Sequence record: PQ202980
Origin: Escherichia phage CSP1C
Length of the DNA stretch: 55,550 nucleotides
Direction: 5' to 3' (one strand)
The notes under the pieces are model-generated. The model searched no databases. It saw nothing but the letters and a program-made list of their open reading frames with translations, and was not told the DNA's origin. The translations under genes were made by a program, and so were the position numbers. Shown one piece after another: positions 37,875 through 47,138 of the stretch (position 1 is its first letter; every line of letters begins with the position of its first letter).

Positions 37875-38285
37875 TTAAGCTTTATTTGGAACGATTTCCA
37901 GTGACGCAGATCCAACTTTAGATTCAACGCACTGGTTGAAGACTGCGGCTTGCTCCGCTGTAAGTTTACGCCAAGCCGCAACTTTCAATACAGGTTTATT
38001 TTCCACAAGCTGATCAACGTTAACACCAACTTTAATCAGATCGCCCAGGATTCCGTTAAGGCTTGGAAGATCAATCTTACGATCAATCTTGTGGGTCATT
38101 TTCATAACCCCGCCAGTAATTTCAACTTTATTAGTCCCCTCAGACGGCGCTGGGAAATAGGACTTAATAATCTTATCACGGAGTGCTCGCTCGCGAGCTT
38201 GCAGCTTCTGCAATTCCGCTTTAGTTTTATACCACTCAATTACATCTGCTTCTGTTGCTTGTACTGCTTTATCTGCGTCGAACAT
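37875..38285 (-). CDS. hypothetical protein
   Basis: 136 aa from ATG 38285 with SD GAGGA. Confidence 0.45.
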   Translation of the reverse strand: MFDADKAVQATEADVIEWYKTKAELQKLQARERALRDKIIKSYFPAPSEGTNKVEITGGVMKMTHKIDRKIDLPSLNGILGDLIKVGVNVDQLVENKPVLKVAAWRKLTAEQAAVFNQCVESKVGSASLEIVPNKA

Positions 38286-38348
38286 TTTTCTGTCCTCTGT
38301 TGTGTTTCGATGTATGTATAATAGCACATCCATGTGCTTAGGCAAGAC

Positions 38349-38939
38349 TTATTTTTTATCTAAATGACGTGAAGTCATGATCGGATGCGTAGCAGCTTCT
38401 TCCTCTGCTGTAACCACATTGGCAGATGTACCAGTTGACCCGAAACCATTAGCACCGCGCTCAGTGATCTTGAGCTCGTCTACTTCTACCAGTTGCACGC
38501 AAGGCACCTTAATAAGCATAGCTTGCGCGACACGACTACCGTGCTCAACAATGAAGCCTTCTTCATTATCAATGGTAAGCTTAATCTTAACTTCCCCAGT
38601 GTAATCGCTGTCAATAACGCCCACGCAGTTAGCTAGTCGCACGTCATTTTTAAATCCGTGCCCGCTGCGGGAATAGATCATAAGCGCGTAGCCTTCAGGG
38701 ATATCAAATGCTAATCCTGTGCGAATAACTTCACTTTCTCTGAAGTACACCTGATTATACCCATCCGCACGTAGATCCGCGTGCAGGTCAAAGCAAGCTG
38801 CCCCGGCAGTAGCGAACGCTGGTAGAATTGCGGTGTCTGTTAAGCGCTTCACACCGACCGGAATTGTGCTTAATGATGTGGCAAATTTTTCAACATCAAT
38901 TGCAAAAGAATTTTTTGTGATATTTAATACGTCAGTCAT
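38349..38939 (-). CDS. dut: dUTP diphosphatase
   Basis: Motifs GVIDSDYTGEV and RGANGFGSTG typical of trimeric dUTPases. Confidence 0.8.
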   Translation of the reverse strand: MTDVLNITKNSFAIDVEKFATSLSTIPVGVKRLTDTAILPAFATAGAACFDLHADLRADGYNQVYFRESEVIRTGLAFDIPEGYALMIYSRSGHGFKNDVRLANCVGVIDSDYTGEVKIKLTIDNEEGFIVEHGSRVAQAMLIKVPCVQLVEVDELKITERGANGFGSTGTSANVVTAEEEAATHPIMTSRHLDKK

Positions 38940-38948
38940 AATTTCACC

Positions 38949-39416
38949 TTATTGAATTGAACCGCGATCAATTAACCATTGTTTCGCGTGAGCTTTAAAA
39001 ATAATGCGATAGTCATCAAGACTAATCTCCGCGCGGATGGAATCTTTAACTTCGTACCACTGCCACTCACCATTGCTAAAGACAACTGGATTGAGTGGTA
39101 GAACAACCTTCCATCCTTTACGTTCTATTTTATACATCAGAACTGGATATCTGCCAATCTCTTTAGCGGATTGAACAGTCTGCTTCCACCATGTGTTCAC
39201 CTGTGGCGTAGCATGGTTTTTTACTTCAACCGCATGGTGGCATGTATTGCTAATATCGCAACCACCGACCGCACTTTGATTCTGGTTACGCTGAGCAATA
39301 GGTTTCTCCGGTAACTGCATCCCCAGCTCTGCGTAGATTTCGGCATAAATTGCATTAAAGAAATCGCATACTTCCCGCTCACCGCGTTGACCTTTAGCGC
39401 GAATATTTACTGCCAT
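38949..39416 (-). CDS. putative PD-(D/E)xK Holliday-junction resolvase-like nuclease
   Basis: ATG 39416 with SD GGAG; N-terminal AKGQRGERE followed by D...EVK arrangement. Confidence 0.45.
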   Translation of the reverse strand: MAVNIRAKGQRGEREVCDFFNAIYAEIYAELGMQLPEKPIAQRNQNQSAVGGCDISNTCHHAVEVKNHATPQVNTWWKQTVQSAKEIGRYPVLMYKIERKGWKVVLPLNPVVFSNGEWQWYEVKDSIRAEISLDDYRIIFKAHAKQWLIDRGSIQ

Positions 39417-39489
39417 GTTTGTCTCCATAACTTTAATGTAAAACACTTCATAAAGAATTTTATATTGAAGTTCTGTTGATCTCAAGGAA

Positions 39490-39520
39490 CAAAAAAGCCC
39501 AGGCATAAGGATTCCTGGGC
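39490..39520 (-). terminator. rho-independent terminator
   Basis: GCCCAGG cataaggatt CCTGGGC stem followed on the minus strand by TTTTTT. Confidence 0.65.
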
Positions 39521-39833
39521 TCTCTTGATTGTCGGATAGCTTACTTTGACTGCCGTCTTCGTCTATCCTGGCCTACTTGTACAGCCTCGCCAAAGGCTGG
39601 TGACGGTTTGGTACATCTGGCGCCGTCGAGTTAAACATCGTTCACGTCGTTCAGTAAGTTGCGGGTTTATCCTGTCCGCTCCAGGAAGCCCAGCGAAAGT
39701 AGTTGCTGTAAGGAGGTACAGCTACCGCTTTCAAGGGCTTGAGTTAAGCATCGTTCACTAAGTTAATGTTGTTAAATTGTTAAACCTCGTTAACTGTGGT
39801 TATCTTAAAGGATGCAGTCTTGAATGGCAAGCT

Positions 39834-40148
39834 TCAATTTTGCGCGGTTCCCTTTGCCGCTTTTGGTGCTAAAGTACCATCATTTAACATCAACTCAAAA
39901 CCTGTTACTTGATCGGTTGGAACAATAGGGTAATTCATGATAGCCATGTGGATACGACACCCTCCATCACATTCGTCAATGTATTCACTACCCCAATAGT
40001 ATAAATGACCATCTCTTCGAATATCCATTGCTGTAGGGAAATCTACAAGAATTCTTTTGATTTCTTTTCGTCCTTCTTTATGCAGATTAGTTTCAATACG
40101 GATAAGCTCCGCATAAATTGCTTCACAGATAGTATTTACAATACTCAT
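39834..40148 (-). CDS. hypothetical protein
   Basis: 104 aa ORF; start overlaps upstream gene stop. Confidence 0.45.
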   Translation of the reverse strand: MSIVNTICEAIYAELIRIETNLHKEGRKEIKRILVDFPTAMDIRRDGHLYYWGSEYIDECDGGCRIHMAIMNYPIVPTDQVTGFELMLNDGTLAPKAAKGTAQN

Positions 40149-40552
40149 TTTTCATTCCTTACAATTTCATTAGCTTCGTTCCACATAATTTCCCCGTACT
40201 TGTCAATGCAAGATCGAGCAAAATACCCATCACCATAGCAGAAATTCATCATGCTGCGATACTTACCCTTACCCTGAATGCGACGAGCATCGTCCAGACA
40301 CTTAGCGGACGGCATTCTTTTACCCGAGGCAGCTTTTTGGACCTTTTCTTCCGTGGCAGCTTTTTGGTCTTTTATTTTACCGTTCATAAAGCGATAGCCG
40401 TTTTTTCTAGCAACGGAACGGGCTTCATCTTCAGTAATCATAAATACTGTATGATACCCTGGCTCCAGAATTTCCGTCTCGGTTACGCAACCATAACCGA
40501 CTTTCATATGAAGATGACCAATATTCATTTCAAAGTAATGTAAGTATTTCAT
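40145..40552 (-). CDS. hypothetical protein
   Basis: 135 aa from ATG 40552 with SD GAGGTG. Confidence 0.45.
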   Translation of the reverse strand: MKYLHYFEMNIGHLHMKVGYGCVTETEILEPGYHTVFMITEDEARSVARKNGYRFMNGKIKDQKAATEEKVQKAASGKRMPSAKCLDDARRIQGKGKYRSMMNFCYGDGYFARSCIDKYGEIMWNEANEIVRNEK

Positions 40553-40793
40553 TTTACACCTCATAATATATACATAAACCAGAAATAACCAGCTACGAAA
40601 ATGATTCCAGCGAATAATTTTAAGATCTCGAACATTGTTCCCTCCGTTAACTTTATGCTGTAAGTATAGCAGGACTTGAGATGTATGCAACAACTTTAGA
40701 CTTGAAATGCATCTATAAAATAGCACGATTTGCCTTTACATCTGATCAGTCTAACTGTACTATTAACTCATAAGCAAAACGGAGGATTACAAA

Positions 40794-41018
40794 ATGGTCA
40801 TGCTGAATAAAGTATATAGCACAATGGGCGCGGATTATAAAGTTGTACGTCACCCGCGTACTGGCAAATTTGAAGCATATATCCGTCCAATGGGTGAAGG
40901 TTGGATGTATTACGGTACTTATGACGACGCTGAGCAAGCTTATGAAGAAGCGGAAAGTGCAGCGGAAGCATCCGAAATTATGGCAAGGTACGACGTCGAT
41001 GATTACTATCTCAACTAA
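40794..41018 (+). CDS. AP2-like DNA-binding domain protein
   Basis: YKVVRHPRTGKFEAYIRPMGEGWMYYGTYDDAEQA matches the AP2 pattern; SD GGAGG; lone + strand gene inside minus block. Confidence 0.5.
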   Translation: MVMLNKVYSTMGADYKVVRHPRTGKFEAYIRPMGEGWMYYGTYDDAEQAYEEAESAAEASEIMARYDVDDYYLN

Positions 41019-41050
41019 CAATAAAGGGCCGAAAGGCCCTTTATTTATTT
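41018..41050. terminator. bidirectional rho-independent terminator
   Basis: AAGGGCC gaaa GGCCCTT stem with flanking T-tracts on both strands; convergent genes. Confidence 0.7.
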
Positions 41051-43381
41051 GCTTAAGTCTTTGAAAACACTCTCAATTGACTCGTCTATATACCATCCCA
41101 ACCCCCTGAAATTACGCTTCAATGCATCCTCACGCGTAACCGGAACAAGCGCGCCCATGTCTACAAGTTGTTTGATAGTGAGGTCTGTTGCAGTACCTGC
41201 TCCCATCCTGTGATTCTTGAATGCTGCTAACCCGTAGGTTCTGCGTGTGATAGTTGCCTTCGGAATAATACCGTCAACTCGCAGCTCCTTACGATCACAT
41301 GCAATTTTACCGCCAAGATAATCTTTGCAGACCTGACAGATAGCCTTCACACGCGTTTCATCATCACCGCCAATAGTACCTTTTTCCCATGCATTGATCA
41401 TGATGTCCTGTCCATGCGTAACAAAATCTACCGCCCATTGCATGTGATTGGGCTGAACGACAGGATTGATCCAGTTTTCCCCAACTGCTAACAGGGATGC
41501 AAGACGCAGAGCTTTAAGGTGCGCACGGTTCCACGGCTGACGGATAGCTTCGTCTTTAGTTGCGTTAATGTGTTCATCACACAGCAAGTTAAACTCCCGT
41601 TCAATCCTTTCCGCTTCAGGGCTTAACTGGACGGTAACGGTCTGGAACTTCGCCATTGTCACTAACGTGTGGTTAACAAGATGGCACACCATGTCCTTTA
41701 ATTGCTGTGGCATTGTGATTTCAGGATTTTCGTTTGCAGGAACACGATCCCCTTCATATTGCACAATGTGGAAACGGGACAAGAAACCGTCTTCCATCAT
41801 TTCACGTGTTAACGCTTCAAAGAATGTGTCCGGTGTTGTTTCGCCCAGTATGCTGAACGCCACCCCTTCCATTGTCTTGGTATTATTAGCCTTATCAGAA
41901 TACCCAATACCGCCAACAACATCCATCGCACCAGATTTTTGATACACATCTGTAATAGTTTGCTTCAGGGTATAGTTTGCAGTGCCAGGTTGAGCCGTTG
42001 CCATACCTTTAATGGTTTTACCAAACTCACCGTTAATATTCACAAACGAAGTATGATCCGCAAAACTTTTACGCAAGGCAGGACCGGAAGCATAGTTAGT
42101 CATGTCTACAAATTCATGCACTTGCGGTAATTGCTCGCCTACTTGCTTGCAGATATAGCTGGGCCCGGCGTGAAGCATTTCTTTGCCCACACCTGATCGG
42201 GCAATGAGCACAAAGTAACCGTTCAGCCCTGTGTTGGTGATAGTATTCCACACCTTGCCGCATACGCCTGACAAGAATGCTAACGATGCAGTGATTGCAA
42301 TTTCTTTCACCGGACGCTGCGATGCTTTGTAGATATACTTCGCAAGCTCACCAGCAAGTCCCGGCGGCCATTCAATAGCTGTTGCATCAATGGACGTGCT
42401 TTCTGCAACTACTATTTCACCGGACGGGCTGACTGTGGTTACAGGCATTTCCGTTACCTGCTGCATTGCACTGTGTGCGGCTTGCATACGAGCAGCGTAA
42501 TCCCGCGCCAGCGCCGCTACGTTTTCCTGGGCAATGCGCTCACGCTCCATGCGACCGCGGCACATACGCAAACAACGGTCAATATGAACATTGTTCTTAT
42601 TAGCCTTCTCACGTTTACCCAGTGCACTGTAACGGAACAGACGACGACATTGCTCATTACTTTCTGTGTAGAATGCATACATAGAGATAAGAGCAAGGTC
42701 TGCTTCAGACTGGGACGGGAATCCCATTTCAACCCATTCACCATTGAATAGGCGTGCATACTTATCGCCGTTGTCTGCTTCAAGCGCACGCTGGTGAATG
42801 GTTGCATCGTCTTCTACCGGATCTTTTTCTACCAGTTCAATTTCATATGTCTTGCGCTGAAGATCAATTTCATTCACAAGCATAGTAAGGTAATGATCAC
42901 GTTCGGCAACTGGTTTATTGTAGACAGGATTGCCCGTGCAGATAATAAAACGCTCCTGACTATAAACCTCGACACCATCACGTCGGCGACCTTTACCGAT
43001 CTTCCCTCTTAACCACAGGTGGACGCCCAAGCCTGAGCGACTTACTTCGGTGTAAGTATCGAACGCGGTCATGATCTGTTCGAAGCGGCGCAACTGTTCC
43101 GGCGTCGTGTGCTTCTTGGGATCAGGTTCATTGGTAGCGTTCTTCACATCCAGGTCGATGCAGGTGAACGGGTCTTGCGCAGTAAGCACGAAGCCAATAT
43201 AAGGTTTATTGAAATGAGCGGCGCAACCTTTGGCAGCTTCAAACGTCATAAGCATATCCGGATCGGTAACGTCCGCCGCCATCAAACGTCCAATATCGTT
43301 GTCCCATACAAGCGGCTTTTTATCCGCATCGGCGACCGCCCATTGGGGGAAAGCTTTAATTTCAGCGGGAAACAGTTCCAT
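41045..43381 (-). CDS. DNA primase (primase-polymerase-type N-terminal domain) with C-terminal P-loop NTPase domain
   Basis: 778 aa; size and position in replication module; putative P-loop around ARSGVGKE. Domain assignment by eye only. Confidence 0.55.
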   Translation of the reverse strand: MELFPAEIKAFPQWAVADADKKPLVWDNDIGRLMAADVTDPDMLMTFEAAKGCAAHFNKPYIGFVLTAQDPFTCIDLDVKNATNEPDPKKHTTPEQLRRFEQIMTAFDTYTEVSRSGLGVHLWLRGKIGKGRRRDGVEVYSQERFIICTGNPVYNKPVAERDHYLTMLVNEIDLQRKTYEIELVEKDPVEDDATIHQRALEADNGDKYARLFNGEWVEMGFPSQSEADLALISMYAFYTESNEQCRRLFRYSALGKREKANKNNVHIDRCLRMCRGRMERERIAQENVAALARDYAARMQAAHSAMQQVTEMPVTTVSPSGEIVVAESTSIDATAIEWPPGLAGELAKYIYKASQRPVKEIAITASLAFLSGVCGKVWNTITNTGLNGYFVLIARSGVGKEMLHAGPSYICKQVGEQLPQVHEFVDMTNYASGPALRKSFADHTSFVNINGEFGKTIKGMATAQPGTANYTLKQTITDVYQKSGAMDVVGGIGYSDKANNTKTMEGVAFSILGETTPDTFFEALTREMMEDGFLSRFHIVQYEGDRVPANENPEITMPQQLKDMVCHLVNHTLVTMAKFQTVTVQLSPEAERIEREFNLLCDEHINATKDEAIRQPWNRAHLKALRLASLLAVGENWINPVVQPNHMQWAVDFVTHGQDIMINAWEKGTIGGDDETRVKAICQVCKDYLGGKIACDRKELRVDGIIPKATITRRTYGLAAFKNHRMGAGTATDLTIKQLVDMGALVPVTREDALKRNFRGLGWYIDESIESVFKDLSK

Positions 43382-43387
43382 ATTTAA

Positions 43388-43591
43388 TTAAGACCTCCGA
43401 CGCTTATCGCCTTGCATCTTTTCCAGGACGGGTTCTGCTAATGAACGTTTATAGATGTACACGCTACCGATTTTAATAGCGCCGGGAATGCATTCGCGCA
43501 TTCTGGAGAGCTTAAATTTTGAAATACCGAACCGGTTTTCAATTTCGGTAGTTGTTATATAGTTGTGATTAAATTCTTCGACGTGGGTCAT
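43388..43591 (-). CDS. HTH DNA-binding protein (excisionase/AlpA-like HTH_17)
   Basis: ITTTEIENRFGISKFKLSRM...IKIGSVYIYKRSL matches the Xis/AlpA-type helix-turn-helix pattern; SD AAGGAGG. Confidence 0.55.
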   Translation of the reverse strand: MTHVEEFNHNYITTTEIENRFGISKFKLSRMRECIPGAIKIGSVYIYKRSLAEPVLEKMQGDKRRRS

Positions 43592-43652
43592 AGCTCCTCC
43601 TTTGTCCGCACACTATACACAGATAAGAGGAGCCATTGCAATGCGTTTTGCG

Positions 43653-44399
43653 TTACAGGATATGGGGGCAATAATATTTATCCATAACAAACTGAAAAAC
43701 TTCTTCAGGTGTGCGGTCATTACGAAGTTCAATCATATGATTGTCCAGCCATTGCAAACTCTCCTCAGCCTTATCTCTATTATTAAAGTGCAATAGCGCT
43801 GAAGGTGTATCGCCATGAGGTATAACTTCAAGTCTAAATACACCTGTTTCCAGATGAGTTATGTTGCAAGTCGGCCAAACGCCACGGTTTTCCCATATAG
43901 AAGGCGCATCCTCAAACCTGCATGAGCTATACCATTTATTGCGAAGAGATGTGATCTCCTTACTTGTTAACGGGGCACCCTTAACCCTTTCATGCTCCTC
44001 CAGCCAGGCTTTAAATTTTGGGTTAGGTTTGCGCCCGGGCTTCCCACCTTTCGCCTTTGCGCTTTCTTTAAACGCTTGCTCATACGGGTCTGATCCCTTG
44101 CCCATGTGGTAATTGAATTTGCCCGTATAGCTGCGAAGCTCTTTGGCATCCAGCTCACGCCCCAACTTATCGCTCACCCATGTAAGGAAAGCCTCCCGCT
44201 CTGCATCCAGCTTACCAGCTTTCGGTCTTACAGATTTTTTAACTGGCTGCTCCACATCCTCGTTGAAGTAATCTTCTACCATAGCAAGCGCCTGTGATTT
44301 GGTTGGTGCGCCACGCAACCGTGAGCACGCTTGCACAACCCAAGCCGCGAAGCACATATCTTTAACCACAGTGTTGGAGGTAATAATTTCTTCACTCAT
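43653..44399 (-). CDS. hypothetical protein
   Basis: About 248 aa from ATG 44399 with SD AGGTGGA. Confidence 0.45.
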   Translation of the reverse strand: MSEEIITSNTVVKDMCFAAWVVQACSRLRGAPTKSQALAMVEDYFNEDVEQPVKKSVRPKAGKLDAEREAFLTWVSDKLGRELDAKELRSYTGKFNYHMGKGSDPYEQAFKESAKAKGGKPGRKPNPKFKAWLEEHERVKGAPLTSKEITSLRNKWYSSCRFEDAPSIWENRGVWPTCNITHLETGVFRLEVIPHGDTPSALLHFNNRDKAEESLQWLDNHMIELRNDRTPEEVFQFVMDKYYCPHIL

Positions 44400-44441
44400 A
44401 ATCCACCTATACGCGTAGAAAGAAAGGTAATCATATAACAA

Positions 44442-45105
44442 AGTTTTTGTAATCGCAAAACCTTCGCAAAACTTTGTCTTTCCTGCATTATATTAAACGA
44501 TAGTGCTAGTGGCCAGCATAGTGGCATCACCTCTTATAGTGCGCCGTTACTGGCTTCGCTATAGTGTGCCACTATACGCTCACTATACACTAATAACTAA
44601 TTTTATTTTGTTTAGTGGTAATAAAGTTTTGGGTTTTTGGGGGGGACCCCTATATATCCCGGGAAAAACAAAGAAATAGTAGTAGTAGTGAAAAACATAG
44701 TGAAATGCCACTATCCTCACTATCACTACCAATTTAATGTAATTCATGGGGGTGTCTATGTACCAAAAACCTAAAACTTTCAGTCAACAGGCTAAAAACG
44801 GATAGAAACTAAAAGTTAATAAGTAATAACATAAATATATATAAAATAAGGATTTATTAGTAATGTATATAGTACCTATTGATATTATTTGAATGTTTTT
44901 GGGTCATTGTTAAAAAGTCCCAAAACTCGCAAAACCTGAACGGATGCAGATCAAAAATGAGAAATCAAGTGCTTTTGAGGGAAATTTATTGAACTATTGT
45001 GATCGGAAGGTATATCAAGCTATAATGCGCTTAATCGCGGGATATTGGAGGAGGACTTTATTGCGCGGTTAACCGGACCAGTAGGAGGGCTGGCCCGGAA
45101 GTAGT
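44442..45105. promoter_or_regulatory. AT-rich repeat-dense non-coding region (candidate operator cluster / origin)
   Basis: About 660 bp without credible ORF; at least 6 CACTATA/TATAGTG heptamers, 3 copies of TCGCAAAAC, (AGT)4, a G7 run and a TATAAT-like box. Confidence 0.5.
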
Positions 45106-45432
45106 TTAGAGTTGTACAGGTGTGAAGTGGGCTAGCGTATCGTCGGACATAATACCCGACAGTTTTTCGCTTATCCAGTCGGACCAAATGCTATCCGGTT
45201 CCTGGCGGTGCACAAACCAGATTTCGGATGTGCCTTCTTTGCGCATCGGTTGCACTTCTGCAAGGAACTTGTCCTGCATAAGGCGGGTGAAGCAGACGCT
45301 GGTCATTGGAACCGGCTTTTCGTCTTTATTGTAATAAGGGAATAATATTTTATTTCCGAAGTCGGCAACTTCATAAACCGTTCCTTTACGAAGGCCTCTG
45401 ATGTCAGTGTAAGAGCGAATGAACTTTTTCAT
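45106..45432 (-). CDS. hypothetical protein
   Basis: 108 aa ORF. Confidence 0.45.
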   Translation of the reverse strand: MKKFIRSYTDIRGLRKGTVYEVADFGNKILFPYYNKDEKPVPMTSVCFTRLMQDKFLAEVQPMRKEGTSEIWFVHRQEPDSIWSDWISEKLSGIMSDDTLAHFTPVQL

Positions 45433-45434
45433 AT

Positions 45435-45611
45435 TTATTTCCTTACGAACACAGAGCCGACGAATAATGTTGACTGAGTGGCAGCTTGCTCGATTAATTC
45501 GCCAACAAGCTGGGACTGGTTTAGAGGTTTGAGGCCTTCTTTGGCGCGTGCTTCATTTACACGACGTTGAAGGTCTTTTAAGTATTGAGTTGCGAAGCTA
45601 TCTAATTGCAT
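45435..45611 (-). CDS. hypothetical small protein (58 aa, below ORF-track cutoff)
   Basis: ATG 45611 with SD AAGGA; tightly packed with neighbours. Confidence 0.35.
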   Translation of the reverse strand: MQLDSFATQYLKDLQRRVNEARAKEGLKPLNQSQLVGELIEQAATQSTLFVGSVFVRK

Positions 45612-45659
45612 CTTCTTATCCTTAGGGCTCCTGCAGAAGCCCGTCAGTGTGGTTATAGA

Positions 45660-45809
45660 TTATAGCGCTGCAAACATAAGCAGACGAATATTAACTGAAG
45701 TTTGGCTATTAAAGTCTTGACATTCTTTGATAATCTCTTCTTCACTTTTACCACTAAGTTTAGAATATTCTGTGATTGCTTGTTTTAATACAGAATCAAA
45801 ATTGTTCAT
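45660..45809 (-). CDS. hypothetical small protein (49 aa, below ORF-track cutoff)
   Basis: ATG 45809 with strong SD AAGGAGG at optimal spacing. Confidence 0.4.
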   Translation of the reverse strand: MNNFDSVLKQAITEYSKLSGKSEEEIIKECQDFNSQTSVNIRLLMFAAL

Positions 45810-45819
45810 TTTATCCTCC

Positions 45820-46434
45820 TTATGCGTCCAGGCCGTTATATTTGCGCCAGGCGTAGAACTGAATGGCTACCGTCGTCCCGTTGTAAGAAGGCATTGCAGC
45901 TTTCATCTCTTTCAGTTCCGGCGTGCGGCCCAGTTCCTTCAGAAGCTTGTCACCCATTGCCCACACTTCGGCAGTTTTTCCTTTCAGAGGCTTGCGAGCG
46001 CCATTTTTGAAATCACAGCGAGCAGCTTTTACATCTTGTTTTGGCGCGGCAGCTTTTGGCTCTTCAATTTTAATTTCAGAAACCGGCTTGGCAGCTTTTT
46101 CGTGTTTCATATCTTTCTCTTCCTCCTGCTCCAAAGCTTCGAGGCAGCTTTTGACGATTTCCGGATTTACCATCGGGCGCAGTACCGAGACGCTAGCAGC
46201 TGGCGCGGCGGTCGGTGCTGGGACTTTCTGCTCGGGCTTTTGAGCTTTTTCGTGATCGCGCAGCACCTGAAGGACTTCCTTTTCGACGATGTAAAAACCG
46301 ATATCGTCCTGATGGATTAACTGTTCGTGTGCGTCGCGTGCAACCTGACCCCAGCGAGTTTTAAGGGCGCGGCGTGCATTGGTCTTCATGGTGTAACGCA
46401 TTTTGTCCTGTTCGCGGTGAGTTACTTTAGACAT
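45820..46434 (-). CDS. hypothetical protein with Lys/Ala-rich linker and conserved C-terminal domain (paralogue of 29116..29919 C-terminus)
   Basis: ATG 46434 with SD AAAGGAG; C-terminal TVAIQFYAWRKYNG matches TVKTQYARWKKFNG. Confidence 0.5.
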   Translation of the reverse strand: MSKVTHREQDKMRYTMKTNARRALKTRWGQVARDAHEQLIHQDDIGFYIVEKEVLQVLRDHEKAQKPEQKVPAPTAAPAASVSVLRPMVNPEIVKSCLEALEQEEEKDMKHEKAAKPVSEIKIEEPKAAAPKQDVKAARCDFKNGARKPLKGKTAEVWAMGDKLLKELGRTPELKEMKAAMPSYNGTTVAIQFYAWRKYNGLDA

Positions 46435-46507
46435 GGTATAGCTCCTTTCGTTAAAGTTAGTTTGCTTATTATTGCCTACCGTGATAGTAGGCAAGGTATA
46501 AGAAAAC

Positions 46508-46756
46508 TTATTGCACGATTGCTACGAAATCGGCGGTTGCGATATCCATGCTTGCGAAAGCAACGATGCTATAGTCGGTGTCGTTTTCGGCGTTAAACGC
46601 TTTGAGGAACTGCTGTACCGCTGCTTTATGGTTAAGCGTTACGTCGATAGCATAGTCCCAGCTATAGACTTTGCGCTTGCCAAAACCTTTAACTGCAATG
46701 CGCGCGCCTTTGGTGTTAGTTGGTGCCAAAAATTTGGTGATGATAGAAGTAGCCAT
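46508..46756 (-). CDS. hypothetical protein
   Basis: 82 aa ORF preceded by a palindromic promoter-like element. Confidence 0.45.
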   Translation of the reverse strand: MATSIITKFLAPTNTKGARIAVKGFGKRKVYSWDYAIDVTLNHKAAVQQFLKAFNAENDTDYSIVAFASMDIATADFVAIVQ

Positions 46757-46829
46757 GATGTATATCCTCGTTTTGTTTAAGTTGACTTATTATTGCCCAG
46801 TCAGATCAACTAGGCAAGATATAAATCAC

Positions 46830-46979
46830 TTAATTTGTAATTTTATCTACACAGTAGTCAGCATCAAATTCCGCCGGACTAATGCCCAATTTGTCAATTG
46901 CAGCCGCTTCAGCTTCAACGAAATTGTTGGCTTCAATGAACGCGACGATAACACCGTATTTATTAATAACTTCGTACAT
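46830..46979 (-). CDS. hypothetical small protein (49 aa)
   Basis: ATG 46979; product MYEVINKYGVIVAFIEANNFVEAEAAAIDK resembles the adjacent small ORF. Confidence 0.35.
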   Translation of the reverse strand: MYEVINKYGVIVAFIEANNFVEAEAAAIDKLGISPAEFDADYCVDKITN

Positions 46980-46982
46980 GGT

Positions 46983-47138
46983 CTAGCCCTTAATTTGTAC
47001 CAAATCGTATTCCTTGTAAATTTCGCTAATGTACATATCGAACTGGCCCATTAAGAAGATTTCGGCCTCCTCCCAGCTTGGAGCAGATACATAACCAGCT
47101 ATTTTACCGGACGCGAGTTCCACTAATTTAAATTCCAT
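46983..47138 (-). CDS. hypothetical small protein (51 aa)
   Basis: ATG 47138 with SD AAGGGT; product MEFKLVELASGKIAGYVSAPSWEEAEIFLMG. Confidence 0.4.
   Translation of the reverse strand: MEFKLVELASGKIAGYVSAPSWEEAEIFLMGQFDMYISEIYKEYDLVQIKG

Noticed and set aside
39546-39761. Track ORF 39546..39761 (+) in the repeat-containing intergenic region
   Set aside because: Arg-rich improbable product, no RBS, plus strand inside a minus-strand transcription unit bounded by a minus-strand terminator.
40561-40635. 24-codon hydrophobic micro-ORF on the minus strand (MFEILKLFAGIIFVAGYFWFMYIL) with SD GGAGGG
   Set aside because: SD spacing is only about 3 nt and the ORF is very short; not called as a feature.
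43388-43591. Excisionase-like HTH gene as evidence of a temperate lifestyle
   Set aside because: No integrase, CI-like repressor or attachment-site signature anywhere in the window; interpreted as a transcriptional regulator of a virulent phage.
44442-45105. Searched the large AT-rich intergenic regions (also 39521-39833 and 48661-49091) for tRNA genes
   Set aside because: No GTTCGAATCC/GTTCAAATCC-type T-arm or credible cloverleaf seen by eye; tRNAscan-SE would be needed to be definitive.
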